A DNA stretch of 64,000 nucleotides from Hydrurus foetidus (taxonomy: Eukaryota), in assembly GCA_900617105.1 (NCBI GenBank), contig UYFQ01000594.1, forward strand, positions 1 to 64,000. The letters run 5' to 3'. The position numbers and the translations under genes were made by a program. A model generated the notes under the pieces. The model was not told the DNA's origin, did not search any database, and was given only the letters and a program-made list of their open reading frames with translations. Shown piece by piece: positions 60,460 through 64,000 of this stretch. Positions within the stretch are counted from its first letter, which is position 1; each line of letters opens with the position of its first letter.

Positions 60460-62582
60460 TGTTTCTTTGTTCCGAGAGACAATTTTCAAGAGTGATTAAA
60501 TGCCGAAATTAACGCTCTCCGTTGACGGGGTAGCGATGACTTTGAAGCGATCTCGCGAATCGATTGTGCTTATGGTGTCCTTTGAGTTGTAAAATTTAAT
60601 CTGACGCTGTGAGGATCGTATCTTTCTTGGTGGTATTAAAATATCGATGATCGAGGAGATTTCTACACCCAAACAAATTTTTCAAACGATTTTCTGCCAG
60701 ACTTCAATCTTGAAGCAACCCACAAACGCACAGTTCCGCTGAGATAAATTTTTTTCTAAAAAAACGTCATTTGGGATTTGGCATCGTCATGCATTCCGTT
60801 CTGATTTTTTTTTTGCGAAACCGGCGAAAGTATGTACTTGATCCAACTGCATTATCACACCTTCGATCTTCGAACTGCCAAGAAGAGAAGTACGCAGTAC
60901 GCAGCACGCAGTAGTTGCTGCATAAATCCATACCAACACATTAAATCAGCGCAGCAATCAATTTCATGGTAGCTTTCGCTGGCAGCCTAGATGGGAGTTA
61001 CCCGCGCTGCACAACAGATTGAACGCGAATTTTGCAGTCACAAGAAGATTTTCCGTTTTAACTGTGGACGATCGCGATCGACTGTGACGATGAAGTTACA
61101 AAATTCTAAATTAATGAATTCTCCTGTATTGCGGAAAAGGATTTTTTTCTACGTGTTACTAATGCTACCCTTTAAGCGCTAGGCGAAGATTTGGAGAAAT
61201 TACCGTGGCCGATGAAAGTCATTTATGTGCAAGAAATGTGCTGGATCTTGCTATATCCGTGCGTGTGGATGTAATACAAGGGCCATAGTTTTGCTAACCA
61301 TTTCTAATTTTTTTAGAAACCAAACTGATTTCAAAAATAGAAATAGATAAATATTTACAAAAAAACGCATTTTAAGCACCTCCTGAACTGTTTTGACCTA
61401 ATCTCATTATCAGTGATGCGCGACATTATTCCATATTCTATCTTCTACAGATTTGCAGAAAATTGTATTTTCCGATTTATTACACTGCACATTAAAATAG
61501 CAATAGTCACGTTTTTGATCCGTTGGAAATCAATAATTTCTAAACTGTATCATTTTACACAAAAATATGCAGATCACATAAAAATGCACTATTGGCTATT
61601 GAATCTACAAAACAACTTCTCATTTTGATGCATGTCAGCAGTTCGACGGAATGAAGTGTAATCATTTGTCAATTTACACTGAATTCACATACATAGCCAT
61701 GTTGCCTATTTTAAGTTCTAACCTGGTAACTATAACTATTATTTGTCTTCTAAGAAATTTAGGAGAACAAGTTTTTTCTTTCGGAAATCTATTCAAATGT
61801 ACTAGATTTACTGAAGTTAAAAATAAGTTCAATAACATCCGTTCATTTTATTTGGTCCGAGGATCTCTGACAAGAAAACTGCTTCAACAATTTTCTCTGA
61901 AAAGACGCGATCATAGGACTCCGTACATCTTAATGAAATTGTTTGACTGCATTGGGGCGCTCTGGAATTCAATGATCGAATCATTAAACCAAAATTGTCC
62001 AGCAAGTGCAATTTAAATATAACATCGAGAAACAGTGTAACATGGTAGATGTGGCTCATGTGTGCCAAACAACATTGTCATATTGCGTCTCTGAGACAAA
62101 TAGTCACGTAAAGCAATTTCGGCGCTTGAGATTCTTCGCTGATAGTAATCGCCAGAATTGTTTGTTTCAAATTAATGAAGCCGAAATAGATGTTCTCTTT
62201 TGATCTCGTGAACACTCGCTCACCTGCTTTCATTACTCAATTATCTATCGAAAGTGTTACCCAGCACTTGACCACTTCAGAGTTCGATCACGAAGTCAAA
62301 TTTCTGTGTAGTATGATTGCGTTGTCTCTGTAATTATCAATGCAGGACTCTTCTCACTAACACATCGACTCGTCAAATTCGATGCCATATAGGTGGGGGA
62401 AAAAAACTTCAAGTTGAAAAACATTGAGATGAAGAAGACATTACGAAACATTCACAGCACTCCTCGGAGACCCAACACAAGCATATGAGTATGTTGACGT
62501 CAAACAGTCATCAGCTTATGACAACATTAAGATTTAATCTGAAGGACATTCTAGTTGATTAATTTCCTTGTCAGGAGACTCC

Positions 62583-63334
62583 TTACTGCTGCTTCGCGGC
62601 TTTCTCAGCTAAGTAGACAGCGTGCTCTTCCTTGGTTCTGATGTGACCTCCTCTGCCCTCAAGCATGCTCAAGTAGCCGGATCTTCTTACAGTGTCAGGA
62701 TCCGCGGCTGCCCATGCCGAGGGTACGTACCATGCGACGAACCATCCGAGGCAACTGCATTAGATTAGAAGGGCACGGAGGGGATCACTCAAAGGAACTT
62801 TTTTGGAGATGAAATTTTTGCAGATGAAAGAAGGTGCTAATAATACTCCGGTATAAATAAAGCAAAGTCAACAGCTTATCCGTTGATGCAAAGCAAATTG
62901 AGAGGCAGCACAGAAAGGGAATGTGGGTGACACAGATGACTCTAGTAGCGTTGAAAACGCGCAACTTACACGAAACCCAGGAAGAAGCCGTAATTGACAG
63001 TCTTACGCATCTCGTGATTAATGAGTCTACCCCAACCAAAGTTCTGCCATACATTGGGATTCTTAACGAAAGGAGCATGATATATCTTGTTAGTGCCGCA
63101 AACTAAGAGCATCTCGTATTTTGTTAGCTCAGGTTGGGTCATGACTTGCTCGATTGTGACAGGATCGGTTAGGGCGGCCTTCAAAGTTGTCTCGCATGTC
63201 GCGGCGGCAATACGTCTCAATTTCAAGATATTTTTGACGATGCCAATCTTGGGGTGGTTTAAGTTCACGTTATCTGGGAGGGTTGCGATGCATCTTCGTG
63301 CGACACTTCCGAATTTCGCGGACCTGAGCATCAT
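62583..63334 (-). CDS. Small predicted mitochondrial single-pass membrane protein
   Basis: Transit-like MMLRSAKFGSVARRCIA. A GTAAG..TGCAG intron (~62969-62756) joins YGFFLGFV|CLGWFVAWYVPSAW (TM helix), and the frame ends AEKAAKQQ*. Confidence 0.6.
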
Positions 63335-64000
63335 TTTATTCAATCTGTAGGTCAAGTGAAATTGCGCTAGAGCGCTGGTAGAATCAGCCACAACGTGAAC
63401 TCTTGTGCATCTCCCCATCTCCCATACGTACAGTAGTACCGCGTGGCGTGCCAATTGAGTGTTTGCGCATTGGAAATTACAGAGATTCTGACCCCCTTTT
63501 CCCGGTCCGACCCCCACAATCTCGAAATTTACGAGAATCTCGCAAATCCCCTGCAGAGATTGAGGGCCATTCTACACGGCGACGAATTTTGGTGAATTTT
63601 GGTAAATTTTTAGGGATGGTGGCTAGCCTCTTTTTCCGCTATCAGCCGGGCTAGCCGGTAAAAAATGAAAATTCAGCCCATTTAGGTAGCCCAGACCGAG
63701 GTGCTAGCCTAGCCGCTAGCCCAACATTTAAACGAATAACCATAGCCCAACAGGAAATAGCTCCAAAACAGTGAAATTTTGCATAAAATTTTCTTAAAAA
63801 CGAAAAGGTCAAAAAGTCGGTTCTAAACTGAACATAGTGCCACTTACTCGTGCGTAGCCCTATGGATTGCCCTGTCGTAAGGCTGTTTTGTACTGAACGA
63901 ATCAACCGAAGATGATCTAATAGCTATTTGCAAGACAAGGGAATCGTGGAACTACCTACCTCGCATCCATTTTACTTTTTATTTCCTCGTATGTATCCCA

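Overview
Eukaryotic nuclear DNA with intron-rich genes, most likely from a stramenopile/ochrophyte protist (inference from protein style). Several 1-bp homopolymer frameshifts suggest a long-read assembly. Host genes: a KLHDC4/Kel3-type kelch protein, a divergent TFIIB-related protein, mitoribosomal mS38/Cox24, an N-myristoylated EF-hand protein, NDUFV2, an R2R3-Myb and a small mitochondrial membrane protein. There are two transposon nests with resolvable ends and target-site duplications (TSDs). Nest 1 (1619-9646): a deleted hAT contains a young Ty1/copia, whose 5' LTR contains a TA-TSD TIR element. Nest 2 (39023-54064): a CACTG element with a USP-like protease ORF contains a TA-TSD TIR element, which contains a MITE and an Ngaro-like tyrosine-recombinase (YR) retrotransposon, which in turn contains an intact hAT. 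Three signals stand out. (a) The copia has no tRNA primer-binding site (PBS); the 11 nt next to its 5' LTR are perfectly complementary to an internal LTR 11-mer, the Tf1-type self-priming signature. (b) The YR element has gag and pol in frame across one UGA followed by a strong hairpin, a stop-codon readthrough signature. (c) The YR element's split direct repeats are amplified into a ~604-bp tandem array.
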